Below, piece after piece: positions 47,427-62,354 of a stretch of DNA of 64,000 nucleotides (position 1 is the stretch's first letter; every line of letters starts with the position of its first letter). Position numbers and translations under genes: made by a program. A model generated the notes under the pieces. The model was given only the letters and a program-made list of their open reading frames with translations, did not search any database and was not told the origin of the DNA. Location of the stretch: positions 1-64,000 of the forward strand of contig CAXHJY010001130.1 in the NCBI GenBank assembly GCA_964016885.1, written 5' to 3'. This DNA is from Eledone cirrhosa (taxonomy: Eukaryota).

Positions 47427-48538
47427 TTCTTTGAGTCTCAGTCATTGATGTTATTTAACTGGAAAGTTTGTTGAAATGAATATCAAGCCACTACCTGCAG
47501 CCTCAGATATTTAGGACGTATCGGAGGGTTCTTGCTGTTCCCAGCAAGCATGCCTTTTGAAACGTTCCAAAACGCGTGGCGGGACCAATTTTCTTTAACC
47601 ATCCTTGGAAACTCTTTGAGATAGTACCTAGTGCGCCTATGACAATTGGGACCACTTTGACTTCATGGCAGTTCCAAATCCTTTTTACCTCCCACTTTAA
47701 GTCCTGGTATCGGTTAATTTTCTCCCTCTCCTTCTCTTGCACTCTCGTGTCGAATGGGCAGGCCACATCCACAATCAGCCACGATCTTTTTTCTTTGTCC
47801 AAAACCACCAGGTCAGGCCTAATGTGTTCCAGTTTCTTGTCTGTCTGTATCCTAAAATCCCACAGCAACTTCACCTGATCGTTTTCTATCACCGACTCTG
47901 GCTTATGCTCATACCACTTCTCAGAATGTGGAAAATTGTTTACTTTGCATAGGTGCCAGTGGATCACCCTGCCCATCACATCATGTCTCCAGCCCTTATA
48001 GTGAGTCTGGGCTAGGTGTTTACACTCGGATACAATGTGATCCACAGTCTCCTCTCTCTCTCCACAGATCCTGCACAGTGGGCTAGCCTCCTCCTTGTAA
48101 ATATGGTGTTTCAACCACTTCGTTTTGAGGGCCTGCTCTTGCGCAGCCATTAACATTCCTTCTGTAGCCTTTTTAAGGTCTCCTCTTTTCAACCAGTTCC
48201 ATGTCTGTGGATCTCTGAATTCAGTTTTCTCAAAGAAGGTACTATGAAAGGATTTTTCATGAAGGCTGCTCTTTCTCCTTGTTGTTATTTCCTCCTTGGA
48301 CATCCCCTGGTCTATTGTCCTCTCCTTCAGTACAGTTCTGAGCATTGGCTCCTTACTATCAGTCACGTATTTGTGTAGGTTGTTTTTCTCCATCTGACAC
48401 AGTCCCCTATGCTGATAAGACCTCTTCCACCTTCAGATCTCCTTAAGTAGAGTCTATCGACATCACTCCTCTTGTGGAACATGTTGTAGATAGTCAATAG
48501 CTTCCTAGTCTCCCTATCCATTTCTTTTTGTTCATTGT

Positions 48539-48540
<2 letters not shown>
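47427..48540 (-). mobile_element. R4/Dong-clade LINE, 5'-truncated; zinc knuckle plus restriction-like endonuclease (ORF 47503-48393)
   Basis: TEG.LMAAQEQAL, CRICGEREETVDHIVSEC, RHD, LLWDF.IQTD...RPDLVVLDK...IVDVACPFD...EREKINRY..L; flanked on both sides by (ATT)n. Confidence 0.9.
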
Positions 48541-48574
<34 letters not shown>

Positions 48575-49054
48575 GGAATAGGGTTACGGCCCTTTACGTT
48601 TTGAGTTCAAATCCCTCCGATGTTAGCTTTGCCTTTCATCCTTACAGTGACGATAAATAAAGCATCAGTAATTCACTGGGGTCAATTTAATCGACTTTCC
48701 CCTCCTCTCAAATTACTCGCCTTGTGCCTATACTAGAAAACATTATTATTAATAATCCTTACGGGGTCGATAAAATAAAGTACCAGTAATGCACTGGGTA
48801 ATTGCTGGCCTTGTGCCTAAAGTAGAAACAATTATTATTAATTATTATTAAGGCGGGGGATTGGCAGTATTGGTAGAGGGTCGGACGCCATGCTTTGACG
48901 CATAGAGTTACGGCCCTTGCCATTCTGAGTTCAAATCCCGCCAAGGTTAACTTTGCCTTTCATCCTTACGGGGTCGATAAAATAAAGTACCAGTAATACA
49001 CTGGGTAATTGCTGGCCTTGTGCCAAAAGTAGAAACAATTATTATTATTATTAA

Positions 49055-51219
49055 TTTGATATCTCAGTCATTAATGTATTTAACCGGAAAATATTCAGGA
49101 CGTATCTTAGTTGCCTTGCTGTCCCGGTTGGCATGTCTTTTGGAGTGTTCCAAAAAAGGGAGCTGGGCAAATGTTCTTTAACCAGCCTTGGAAACTCTTC
49201 AAGATAGTACCTAGAGCTCCTATGACGATGGGGACGACCTTGATCTCATGACAGTCCCAAATCCTTTTCAGTTGGACTGGTACCGGTTATTTTTCTTCTC
49301 CTTTTCTTGCACTCTTGTGTCAAAGGGGCAAGCTACATCTATAATCAAGCAAGATCTCTTTTCCTTCTTAAAAACCATAAGATCAGGTCTGTTATGTTCT
49401 AATTCTTTGTCCGTTTCTATACTGAAATCCAACAGCAACTTCACCAGGTCGTTTTCTATCACAGACTCTTACTTATGCTCGCACCATTTCTCAGAATGAG
49501 GAAACTTGTTCAGTTTGCATAAATGCCAATGAATCACTTTTTCTATGTTATCATGTCTCCACCCTTTATAGTGTTCTGGGCTAGGTGTTTACACATGTAT
49601 TGATAGCTTCCATCTTATTCCGTCCATTCAGTTTTGAATAAGTCTCAGTTTGTGCATGTATTCTACCTTAAATTTTTCTTTCATTCCCTCCTGTATTATC
49701 TTATCAACTTCCAATATCCCTAAGTACTTAAAGCCTTCCTCTTCTATTTGCTTCATAACCTTCCCTGATGGCAGCACCAACTGCTCAATGCTTTTAATTT
49801 TGCTTCTGTTCAAGATTAACACACCACACTTTTTTTTTATTCAGAGCTCCATTCCGACGTCAGCACTAAATGTATTACAACGTCTCAACGAGAGAATAAA
49901 GGTGGGATTCAGTCTTACTATAAAGCTTGAGGTCGTCCTTGAATAATAAGTGGTTGATTTTTTGCTGGCGACCTTTGGATTCATTCCCAGCCTTAGCTTT
50001 TCTCAAGATCATTGTCAGTGGTATCATGCACAGTCCAAATATCCTCACTTAATTTCTATTGGTCCAAAATTTCTTCCATATGCTGTCAATTCAGTCTTCC
50101 ACTCTTTCATACTTTTCCTTAAGAATCGCTCAATATTTGATGCAATACCAAATAAGTTAACACATTTCACAATCCAAGAGTGCAGAATCCTGTAGGCTTT
50201 TGCGGTAATCGATCCACGCCATGGTCAAGTTGGTTTTCTTCCTCTTGCTATCCTTAAATATTGTTTTATCTAATAAAAGCTGGTCCTTGGTACCTCTGCA
50301 CTTATGCTTGCACCCTTTCTGCTGATCTGGCAGAACTCCATTTTCTTCAAGATGCACGTACATTGATTCTGTGATTGTTCCAGTCAATAATTTCCACATA
50401 CGTGGTAGGCATGTTATCGGTCTGTAGTTGTCTACTACATTCCCTTTAGTGAAATCTTTTAAGTCACTCCGGTATCACTTGATCAACATTTAGCAATGTG
50501 TTGAGTTGTTCTGTTATTTGTTCATGGCATTTACTAAAACTTTTGGTTCAGTAGCCTTGAACTCCATCCAGTCCCGGAGACTTCTTACTGTTCATCTTTC
50601 TAGTTTCCTTCATGTCCCTACCTGAAATGGCTAGTTCTGACTCTTGTGGGCCAACTGTTGTTTCTTTAAGTTCTTCTAACCGTTCAACGTCCTTATTGTG
50701 CTCCTTCCATTTACTCCAAATGTCGCTCCAAAACTTTTGACTTTCAATGTTATCCGGTATAATCACTTCATCTGTACACTCTCCATTTATTTCTCAGTAA
50801 AATCTATTTTGGTTTACTCTGTTAGTATATTTTGATGATATTGCTTTATTCTTTGTTCGTACCAAACTATCTTTGCTTTTTTTTGTTGCTATGACACGTT
50901 ACTTGAGTTCCTCCATTACTACTTTTAGACCTTTTCTTTCAATACCATACTTTCTTTCCAGTGCTCTGTTTTTTTCATTCCATTCCTAAGCTTCCACTTC
51001 TCTTTTCGGACTAAGACAGAAATATTCTTGAAGAGGGTATCTATACTATTCCATCTACATTTCTCTCACCATATACCTTATCTCTACCCTGTCCTCTGCT
51101 GTACTTTCTCTTTCCTCAGTAAGACCTTCATTTTCACCATTTCTTTCACTGCTGTTTCCTGACACCTGTCTTTTGATAGCTTCCAATTCCATTTCTATCA
51201 ACCAGTGATTTTTTTCTTA

Positions 51220-51225
<6 letters not shown>
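49055..51225 (-). mobile_element. Older, internally deleted R4/Dong-clade LINE
   Basis: Fragments PGLDGVQGY, WKLLTG...QQKGC...[10 protein letters not shown]...[21 protein letters not shown]...IIDVACPFD; many stops and frameshifts. Confidence 0.85.
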
Positions 51226-51258
<33 letters not shown>

Positions 51259-51261
<3 letters not shown>

Positions 51262-51648
51262 TAATCTATAAAGCTCAGTGTGTGGTCATGCTCCTCTCTT
51301 ATAGAAATCTACGATATAGAATTTCTTCAATTGAAATTTACAATTCAGTATTCTAAATAGTTTCGATTGCGTCTTGGCACATCTCATTTTTTCAATTTCA
51401 CCCACAATTACGCAAAAAAAAAAAAATAAAACTCAATATTTTACGATTTTTCTCTGTCATTTCAACTGCTAAACTCTTTCCTCTACCATTCAAAATCTAT
51501 ACAACTTCATACTTTCTGCTACTTTCTCTTTCCAAGCTTGATGGTGATACTGTCCGTTTCAAAAGCAACAGATACATTTATTCAACAACAAGCGATAAAT
51601 CTTTTTTAAAACCTCTTTTCCAAACGCATACAAACACAAACTCACTTC

Positions 51649-51687
<39 letters not shown>

Positions 51688-52372
51688 CTACCTTTTATAG
51701 ATAATGATAAACAATAATATCCTCTATGAGGTCACTAAACCTGCTAGAAACAGCAGCTAACTCTCCCCCATTACCACACCCCTCCCTACTGTCTTAAATT
51801 TATAAAACATATCTTCTATGGGGTCACTAAACCTGCTAGAAACAGCAGCTAACTCTCCCCCATATCACACCCATCCCTACTGTCTTAAATTTAGAAAACA
51901 TATCTTCTATGAGGTCATTAAACCTGCTAGAAACAGCAGCTAACTCTCCTCCATATCACACCACTCCCTACTGTCTTAAATTTAGAAAACACATATCCTC
52001 TATGAGGTCACTAAACCTGCTAGAAACAACAGCTAACTCTCCTTCATATCACAACCCTCCCTACTGTCTTAAATTTAGAAAACACACAGACAACCATGCA
52101 GAACAACTCCATCGCAGCTCTGTTGTTCGGCTGGCATCGTCTACGCGCGTGTTGCGCAAGTACTGTGAAACAATAAATTTCAACACTTTTTTGCACAGAG
52201 ATAATATCCATAGGCGAAACTACAATTGTCACTGCTGGCGCAGCTCCTGCTTCCAGGTCTGCAATTCATTCACCCAGTGCCTGGCAGACAAAAAAGTGCT
52301 GCCATAAAATGGGTGGTGCAACCTAACTTTGGTAACTTAATGACCCCGAGCAACGCCGGGCTTTAATGCTAG
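51259..52372 (+). mobile_element. Non-autonomous Helitron
   Basis: A|TCataatctataaag 5' end; subterminal hairpin cccgagcaacgccggg (52345-52360), then CTAG|T; inserted in (TA)n. Confidence 0.75.
51721..52085. repeat. Four tandem copies of a ~92-bp unit inside the Helitron
   Basis: Units start ~51721, 51813, 51904, 51997 (ctatgaggtcactaaacctgctagaaacagcagctaactctcc...). Confidence 0.9.
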
Positions 52373-52516
52373 TATATATATATAATGACCTTGTGATAAA
52401 CAGGCGAAACTCCAGAGTTACAAGACTCATTGTTCAGCCTTAATGTATAAATATATGTATATATACACACATATACACATACACACACACATACATACAT
52501 ACATACATACATAGAC

Positions 52517-52640
52517 GAGAGTTTTCGCCTACCAAATTTCACTCATAAGGCATTGTTCAACCCCAGGTTACAATAGAAGACATGGGACTAAACACCCAAG
52601 TTATGTGTTTACAATGTGAACACCTTAACCACACAGCTAC
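52517..52640 (-). mobile_element. Third SINE family fragment
   Basis: Minus strand starts gtagctgtgtggttaag (A-box-like) and carries ccttatgagtgaaatttggtaggcgaaaactc. Confidence 0.5.
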
Positions 52641-52901
52641 CATAACTACACGTATGGAAAAATATCTTGGCTACGTCAATAAAATAAATAAACCCTGCTT
52701 CTACACAAATATGTGTGTGTGTGTGTGGTGTATAAGGGTGTGTGCGTCTATGTGTATGCGTGCGTGGGTGAGTATTTGTGCATATGTGTCTCAGTCTGTG
52801 TTTGTGTGTGTGTATGTGTCTCTGTCTGTGTGTTTGTGTTTGTATGTTTGTTTGTGTATGTATGCGTGTGTGTATGTGTGTTTGTGAGTGCATGTATCCG
52901 T

Positions 52902-52937
<36 letters not shown>

Positions 52938-53069
52938 ATGTGTGTGTATCAGTCTATGTGTGTGTGTATGTGTGTGTGTGTATTGCAGTGGATGCAATCA
53001 TTGATTCGATCTTCTATAATTGCTTGTTATGCATTAACGCATTTGTCAATAATTCCTAATGACTCAATA

Positions 53070-54042
<973 letters not shown>

Positions 54043-54191
54043 CAGTATTTTCCGTTGTGTTGTAATATAAATATTACACACAGTAGATTATCAGCTCACG
54101 TAGAGTTTGCTCGACGGTTCCAGTTGTAGTTCCAAAAGTAATCCGGAGAAAATAGTAAGATTTGAATGGATACAGTTTAGTTGAAAGGAAT

Positions 54192-54308
54192 TTATTGACA
54201 CGTGTTTCTATAACAGTTACATAACCTAAAACAGCTATCTACAAACTTTTAGTTATGCAGACATTCAATATTTCAATGTTATTATTTACTGTCATTTCAT
54301 CAGAATAA
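54192..54308 (-). ncRNA. Type I hammerhead with ~88-nt stem II
   Basis: Minus: ttatt CTGATGA aatgacagt...actgttata GAAA cacgtg TC aataa. Confidence 0.75.
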
Positions 54309-54858
54309 TATTACTGAGGACCTATTTAGTTTTTATAGAGAATATTAGGAGGGAGGTGTGAAGTTGTTAGAAGAATAGTTGAAGGAGTGGTTTTTCGATA
54401 GCAGTGAGAATTCTTGGTGGCAGTGAGTAATTAGATTCCCATCTGTTGTTTTGACATTTTTTATAGAATATATTATTGGTTATTTTTCTAAATCTATAGA
54501 AGGATTAGAGATAGTGAAGATATGCGTGGTTAGTTTTGTGTTTGCACTTAATTAACATTCAGACTTAAATTTTTCTTTCAAGTGTACGTATCCTTTCACC
54601 CACGCATTCACACACAAATATATTTGCACACCTCTACAAAATACATATACACACAATTCACATATTCATACTTACATATATATACACATGCATACACATA
54701 TATACACACATGTATTTATGTACATACATACGCGCTCATGTGTATACATTTTCATACTCAACTTATCTTTATATACACACGTATAGACACACACATATAT
54801 ACATACATACTCTAGTCCATGTGTACACACATACACATACATACACATCCATATACAC

Positions 54859-54955
<97 letters not shown>

Positions 54956-55270
54956 TACACATACATACATATACACACATATACATATATATATATATAT
55001 AAGCACTTTAATACATGAATACACTTACATCTAACTATACACATCAAACATATATATATATTTACTTATTTATATACATTTTCACATATATATACATACT
55101 TATGGACGTTTTTAGACACATTCATTATCGCATATTTGTACCTATTCTCATCAGCATATCTTTTCATTATTAGTATGGTAATTTAAGGTTATTAATATAT
55201 GTTGAGAAGAGATTGTTTTTATATTTTTCTAACTAGATTAAGGTTTATATAGTTGGGGGATGTCCCTCTT

Positions 55271-56077
55271 TTATGTAATATTCGGCTTGTAGTGGGAAAA
55301 AAGGGTTTTAGTTCTGTGACGGCAGAATAATGTTCGTTCAATTCTGTTATTCAGCAGTTTCTTCTTGTGTGTGATTATGTAATAAATCTCAAGATTACAC
55401 AATTTGCAGAAATTTTGGCTCGTGGAAAAGCTTTGGGTTTTAGCTAATTTTTCCCATTTTAGGGTAAACTTTTGATCGCTATCCCTGAGCGTCCAAGCTT
55501 TTTCTGCTAGAGTTGTTACATTTCTTTGGCTCTGGTGTTTTATTGAGTAAGAATGCCTATACAATCGAGATTTAAACGATGTTGCCGTTGATCCCACGTA
55601 ATACCACTCGTTGCCTCCGGATTTAATGGTACACTTATAAATAATATTTTTTTCCAGGCAGTTATTGCCGAGGGGGCAGTTGTCAGGATAGGTGCAGTTA
55701 CAGTTGTGTACGTTGGGTTTTCTCTGGAGTAGTATTGCGGACGAACTTAGGTGTGGTTTATTTATGTTCTGTAGTGTATTGTCTACTGTTTTTTTTGTGT
55801 TCTTTGTACTTAAGTTCTTAGTGTTTTCGTTTAACCTTCTAGTATTGATCTTTTTTATGTGTTGTTCAAGGTTTAACGCTGTAGAGTATGACAGTCTTAT
55901 AGTGGTAGGGTTTAGGATTTTGTGGTATTTGTGTGATGTGGGAAAATGTCTTTTAATTATTTTAAAGAAGAGTACTGGTAAATTTGTACTAATGGAGCTA
56001 TTGTATTCGGGGTTATACCATAAGTACTCTTTGCATCGCTTTCTATTAGTTTTGTTTGTTGGTTTACTGGTGTGCAT
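55271..56077 (-). CDS. PLE linker plus GIY-YIG endonuclease (C-terminal part of a truncated ORF)
   Basis: LWYNPEY, CNC...CPLGNNC, NIIYKC...YYVGST..FKSRLYRH, TTLAEKAW, CKLCNLE, LLNNR.E...CRH. Confidence 0.88.
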   Translation of the reverse strand: MHTSKPTNKTNRKRCKEYLWYNPEYNSSISTNLPVLFFKIIKRHFPTSHKYHKILNPTTIRLSYSTALNLEQHIKKINTRRLNENTKNLSTKNTKKTVDNTLQNINKPHLSSSAILLQRKPNVHNCNCTYPDNCPLGNNCLEKNIIYKCTIKSGGNEWYYVGSTATSFKSRLYRHSYSIKHQSQRNVTTLAEKAWTLRDSDQKFTLKWEKLAKTQSFSTSQNFCKLCNLEIYYIITHKKKLLNNRIERTLFCRHRTKTLFSHYKPNIT

Positions 56078-56262
56078 ACTATGGTAGTAAGTGTGGTTTG
56101 GTGTTGTGTTATTATATCTACCTATGTGGTATTTATTTTGGGTGTTTTGATTGTTCCCATCTATGTACTCTATTTTGTTGAGGTAGCCTGCTTTACTAAG
56201 GGCGTTATCGTAGTACTCCCTCCTAATATTCTCTATAAAAACTAAATAGGTCCTCAGTAATA

Positions 56263-56379
56263 TTATTCTGATGAAATGACAGTAAATAATAACATTGAAA
56301 TATTGAATGTCTGCATAACTAAAAGTTTGTAGATAGCTGTTTTAGGTTATGTAACTGTTATAGAAACACGTGTCAATAA
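56263..56379 (+). ncRNA. Type I hammerhead with ~88-nt stem II (inverted copy)
   Basis: ttatt CTGATGA (56268-56274) ... GAAA (56363-56366) cacgtg TC aataa. Confidence 0.75.
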
Positions 56380-56416
56380 ATTCCTTTCAACTAAACTGTA
56401 TCCATTCAAATCTTAC

Positions 56417-56611
<195 letters not shown>

Positions 56612-56620
56612 GTATTTATA

Positions 56621-56665
<45 letters not shown>

Positions 56666-56802
56666 ATATATATATATGTATATATATGTATTTATATATA
56701 TATGTATTTATATATATATGTATTTATATATATATGTATATGTATTTATATATATATATGTATTTTTATATATATATATGTATTTATATATATATATGTA
56801 TT

Positions 56803-56895
<93 letters not shown>

Positions 56896-57223
56896 TACAT
56901 ATATATATATATGAATACATATATATATATATGAATACATATATATATGAATACATATATATATATATAAATACATATATATATATAAAAATACATATAT
57001 ATATAAATACATATATATATATAAAAATACATATATATATATAAATACATATACATATATATATAAATACATATATATATAAATACATATATATATAAAT
57101 ACATATATATATAAATACATATATATATATATATAAATACATATATATATAAATACATATATATATATATTTATATATGTATTTATATATATATGTATTT
57201 ATATATATATATATATGTATTTA

Positions 57224-57254
<31 letters not shown>

Positions 57255-57472
57255 TATTACTATTCTCCTCTATTGTTGAGAAGCAAATTTGGTCGTTCCG
57301 ACTGCTGCTAGTGATAGTTGCGGCCGGTTGACCTACCTCCCTCTGCCTCTATCTTTACTTCGGCCCTTGAAAAAATTGATTCCACTTCATTCACTCTCAT
57401 CTCGGGAACAGTTTTGGATAGCGCTAGTTCGTAATTTAAATTCAAGAATTTTATATTCTTCGAATGAAAAGA

Positions 57473-57555
57473 ACCTTCTGACGAGAATCTTTCTTTGCAA
57501 CGAAGGTCGTATGGCCTCCGTTTATTTTTGGGATTCGAAACCGATCGGTAAAGGT
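57473..57555 (+). ncRNA. Type I hammerhead in family C element (~57260-57623)
   Basis: acctt CTGACGA gaatct...ggattc GAAA ccgatcgg TA aaggt. Confidence 0.85.
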
Positions 57556-57852
57556 AACTATAGTAGGTAAAGTCAATTTTTTAAAATTTATTTTGAAACT
57601 TGTTCATTATTTGCTAAACCTTGTTTATATGTATTTATATATATAGATATATATATATATGTATTTATATATATATATATATATATGTATTTATATATAT
57701 AGATATATATATATATGTATTTATATGTAGGAGGTGAGTTTTATTGTAGTACAATAAAGCAATGCAGATATCGGATAAGAAGCACTCTACAGTTTGTGGG
57801 ACTGGAGTATGCATAATATAAGATCAAAAGATGGTTAAAGGAGTTCAATATA

Positions 57853-57919
57853 TTTTATTATGCGCATTTCAAAAACAAACATCATCAAACAATAATATTT
57901 GTGTTTTCATCAGATAAAA
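57853..57919 (-). ncRNA. Type I hammerhead (left arm)
   Basis: Reverse complement of 61097-61164. Confidence 0.82.
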
Positions 57920-59139
57920 CAGGAGAACATGATATGAAGGCTAAAAAAACACTTGTTGATAGTGCAGTTTTAAATCAACATATGAAAAGTGGTTTTAGAT
58001 TGATGTGTGATATTGGGAAAAATATTTTATTTAGAGAGGGGGGGAGAGAAAAGGATGAAAAGGGAAGGAGATGAGAGGGAGAGATGGGTGATAGAGAGAA
58101 AGAGATAGTTTTTATAACAGAGAGGAGATATATTTTATATAGAGGGGTTGAAAACCGTTGGAAGATACTGTATAAATTAAAAATTTTGAAAATTAACGAA
58201 GGGAGGATATGTGCGAGGAAAAAATATATTATATTTAGGGAGGGGTGGGGGTGGAAAGGATGAAAAAAAGGGAGGAGATGAGAGTGAAGGTGGAAAGGGA
58301 GAGATGGGTGATAGAGAGAAAGAGATAGTTTTTATAACTGAGAAAAAGATATAATGTTTTAATATAGAGAGGTTGGGAACCGTTGGAAGATAATGTATAA
58401 ATTAAAGGAATTTGAAAATTAACGAAGGGAAATTATGTATGGAGATAGAGAGAAAAAAATAACGAAGGGAGATTATGTATGGAGATAGAGAGAAAAAAAT
58501 AATAATTGTGGGTGAATATTCAAAAGGAGAAATGTAGGAATCTTAAAATTAGCAAAGAGAAAAAGTTTATGTATAGGATTTGAGAAAAATTTATATTGAA
58601 TTCATATGTATTAATAATGAGTTCGTTGATGGGGAGAAAAAAATAATAATAATAAATTAAGGATGAAATTGAGATTAAAAAGATTTATGATAGAGAGAAA
58701 AAATAATAATGATTGCGGATGAATACTCAAAATGTCAAAAACAAATGTTATTGTTTTACGAAGAGATATAATGAGGGTGATGAGTAAACGGGTATTATAG
58801 AGTGTATAATGCCCTTTAAAGTAAGGTAGATGGGTATATTTTAAAGAATATATGAGTATATATTAAAAAAAATATATATAATAATAAATTAAGGATGAAA
58901 TTGAGATTAAAAAGATTTATGATAGAGGGAAAAAAAAAAATAATAATGATTGCGGATGAATATTCAAAATGTCAAAAACAAATGTTATTGTTTTACGAGA
59001 AGATAGGATGAGGTAAATGAATAAACGAGTACTATAGAGTGTATAATGCCCTTTAAAGTAAGGTAGATGGGTATATTTTAAAGAGGTGTATGTATATGTG
59101 CCTTTGAGAAAAGATTCTAAATTGATAAAGAATTGAATA

Positions 59140-59506
59140 TTAACTGTATACTTTGTGAAAAGTTCTATGGAATTTATGAAGGCAGATGGAAAACAAATCC
59201 GAGCGTCTATTTATTATGGATTCTAGGTTAGAGATAATGGTAAATTTTTCATTTAGGCAGAGATTACAGATTTTAGATAGAGAACTGTTCAAGTACGAGG
59301 ATGCAGAAGAAATCTTTTTCCAAAAGATGTTATATTTAATGTTTTTGTCTTTTAAGGACCATATGAGTTCTGAGAGAGCAGTGTTAGTTCTTTTAAGTTT
59401 GTATTTGAAAGATGAATGATGATTATAGAGACGAGCTTTAAAAGAGGTGGAAGTGGAGCCAAAATAGGTGAAGGAGTTGGTGCTAGTTATAATTTTACAT
59501 TCATAA
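59140..59506 (-). pseudogene. GIY-YIG endonuclease domain, mirror copy
   Basis: Reverse complement of 59513-59879. Confidence 0.82.
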
Positions 59507-59879
59507 CTTAATTTATGAATGTAAAATTATAACTAGCACCAACTCCTTCACCTATTTTGGCTCCACTTCCACCTCTTTTAAAGCTCGTCTCTATAATCAT
59601 CATTCATCTTTCAAATACAAACTTAAAAGAACTAACACTGCTCTCTCAGAACTCATATGGTCCTTAAAAGACAAAAACATTAAATATAACATCTTTTGGA
59701 AAAAGATTTCTTCTGCATCCTCGTACTTGAACAGTTCTCTATCTAAAATCTGTAATCTCTGCCTAAATGAAAAATTTACCATTATCTCTAACCTAGAATC
59801 CATAATAAATAGACGCTCGGATTTGTTTTCCATCTGCCTTCATAAATTCCATAGAACTTTTCACAAAGTATACAGTTAA
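59505..59879 (+). pseudogene. GIY-YIG endonuclease domain of a PLE (open frame, no start codon; absent from the ORF track)
   Basis: Hand translation: NLIYECKIITSTNSFTYFGSTSTSFKARLYNHHSSFKYKLKRTNTALSELIWSLKDKNIKYNIFWKKISSASSYLNSSLSKICNLCLNEKFTIISNLESIINRRSDLFSICLHKFHRTFHKVYS*; collinear with 55271-55650. Confidence 0.88.
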
Positions 59880-61096
59880 TATTCAATTCTTTATCAATTT
59901 AGAATCTTTTCTCAAAGGCACATATACATACACCTCTTTAAAATATACCCATCTACCTTACTTTAAAGGGCATTATACACTCTATAGTACTCGTTTATTC
60001 ATTTACCTCATCCTATCTTCTCGTAAAACAATAACATTTGTTTTTGACATTTTGAATATTCATCCGCAATCATTATTATTTTTTTTTTCCCTCTATCATA
60101 AATCTTTTTAATCTCAATTTCATCCTTAATTTATTATTATATATATTTTTTTTAATATATACTCATATATTCTTTAAAATATACCCATCTACCTTACTTT
60201 AAAGGGCATTATACACTCTATAATACCCGTTTACTCATCACCCTCATTATATCTCTTCGTAAAACAATAACATTTGTTTTTGACATTTTGAGTATTCATC
60301 CGCAATCATTATTATTTTTTCTCTCTATCATAAATCTTTTTAATCTCAATTTCATCCTTAATTTATTATTATTATTTTTTTCTCCCCATCAACGAACTCA
60401 TTATTAATACATATGAATTCAATATAAATTTTTCTCAAATCCTATACATAAACTTTTTCTCTTTGCTAATTTTAAGATTCCTACATTTCTCCTTTTGAAT
60501 ATTCACCCACAATTATTATTTTTTTCTCTCTATCTCCATACATAATCTCCCTTCGTTATTTTTTTCTCTCTATCTCCATACATAATTTCCCTTCGTTAAT
60601 TTTCAAATTCCTTTAATTTATACATTATCTTCCAACGGTTCCAACCTCTCTATATTAAAACATTATATCTTTTTCTCAGTTATAAAAACTATCTCTTTCT
60701 CTCTATCACCCATCTCTCCCTTTCCACCTTCACTCTCATCTCCTCCCTTTTTTTCATCCTTTCCACCCCCACCCCTCCCTAAATATAATATATTTTTTCC
60801 TCGCACATATCCTCCCTTCGTTAATTTTCAAAATTTTTAATTTATACAGTATCTTCCAACGGTTTTCAACCCCTCTATATAAAATATATCTCCTCTCTGT
60901 TATAAAAACTATCTCTTTCTCTCTATCACCCATCTCTCCCTCTCATCTCCTTCCTTTTCATCCTTTTCTCTCCCCCCCTCTCTAAATAAAATATTTTTCC
61001 CAATATCACACATCAATCTAAAACCACTTTTCATATGTTGATTTAAAACTGCACTATCAACAAGTGTTTTTTTAGCCTTCATATCATGTTCTCCTG

Positions 61097-61164
61097 TTTT
61101 ATCTGATGAAAACACAAATATTATTGTTTGATGATGTTTGTTTTTTGAAATGCGCATAATAAAA
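61097..61164 (+). ncRNA. Type I hammerhead (right arm)
   Basis: ttttat CTGATGA aaacacaaatattatt-gttt-gatgatgtttgtttttt GAAA tgcgca TA ataaaa. Confidence 0.82.
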
Positions 61165-61209
61165 TATATTGAACTCCTTTAACCATCTTTTGATCTTATA
61201 TTATGTATT

Positions 61210-61248
<39 letters not shown>

Positions 61249-61256
61249 ATATATAA

Positions 61257-61595
<339 letters not shown>

Positions 61596-61599
61596 ATTT

Positions 61600-61661
<62 letters not shown>

Positions 61662-61663
61662 TA

Positions 61664-61781
<118 letters not shown>

Positions 61782-61784
61782 ATT

Positions 61785-61841
<57 letters not shown>

Positions 61842-61888
61842 ATTTATATATATATATATTTATATATATATATATTTATATATATATA

Positions 61889-61959
<71 letters not shown>

Positions 61960-61976
61960 ATTTATATATATATATT

Positions 61977-62011
<35 letters not shown>

Positions 62012-62014
62012 ATT

Positions 62015-62051
<37 letters not shown>

Positions 62052-62178
62052 ATTTATATATATATATATTTATATATATATATATTTATATATTTATATA
62101 TTATATATATATATTTATATATATATATATTATATATATATATTATATATATATATAATATTTATATATATATATATT

Positions 62179-62211
<33 letters not shown>

Positions 62212-62354
62212 ATTTATATATATGTAAAGTTATATTTAAAATTGTTGGGTTACAACTAGTAAATATTTATAACTGATATAAAAGCACTCGACAAATATTT
62301 GGAGTATATTTACAATATTAAATAAATGGAAAACTATATTTATAAAACCATATT

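Larger units (their letters stand above)
57727..61205. mobile_element. 3.4-kb palindrome of two head-to-head 5'-truncated PLE copies
   Basis: Arms 57812-59506 and 59513-61205, spacer cttaat; each arm has a GIY-YIG frame, ~1.2-kb UTR and HHR; both outer ends in (TA)n. Confidence 0.88.

Noticed and set aside
59186-59833. Two identical 77-aa ORFs (MENKSERL...)
   Set aside because: Antisense shadows of the GIY-YIG frame in the palindrome.
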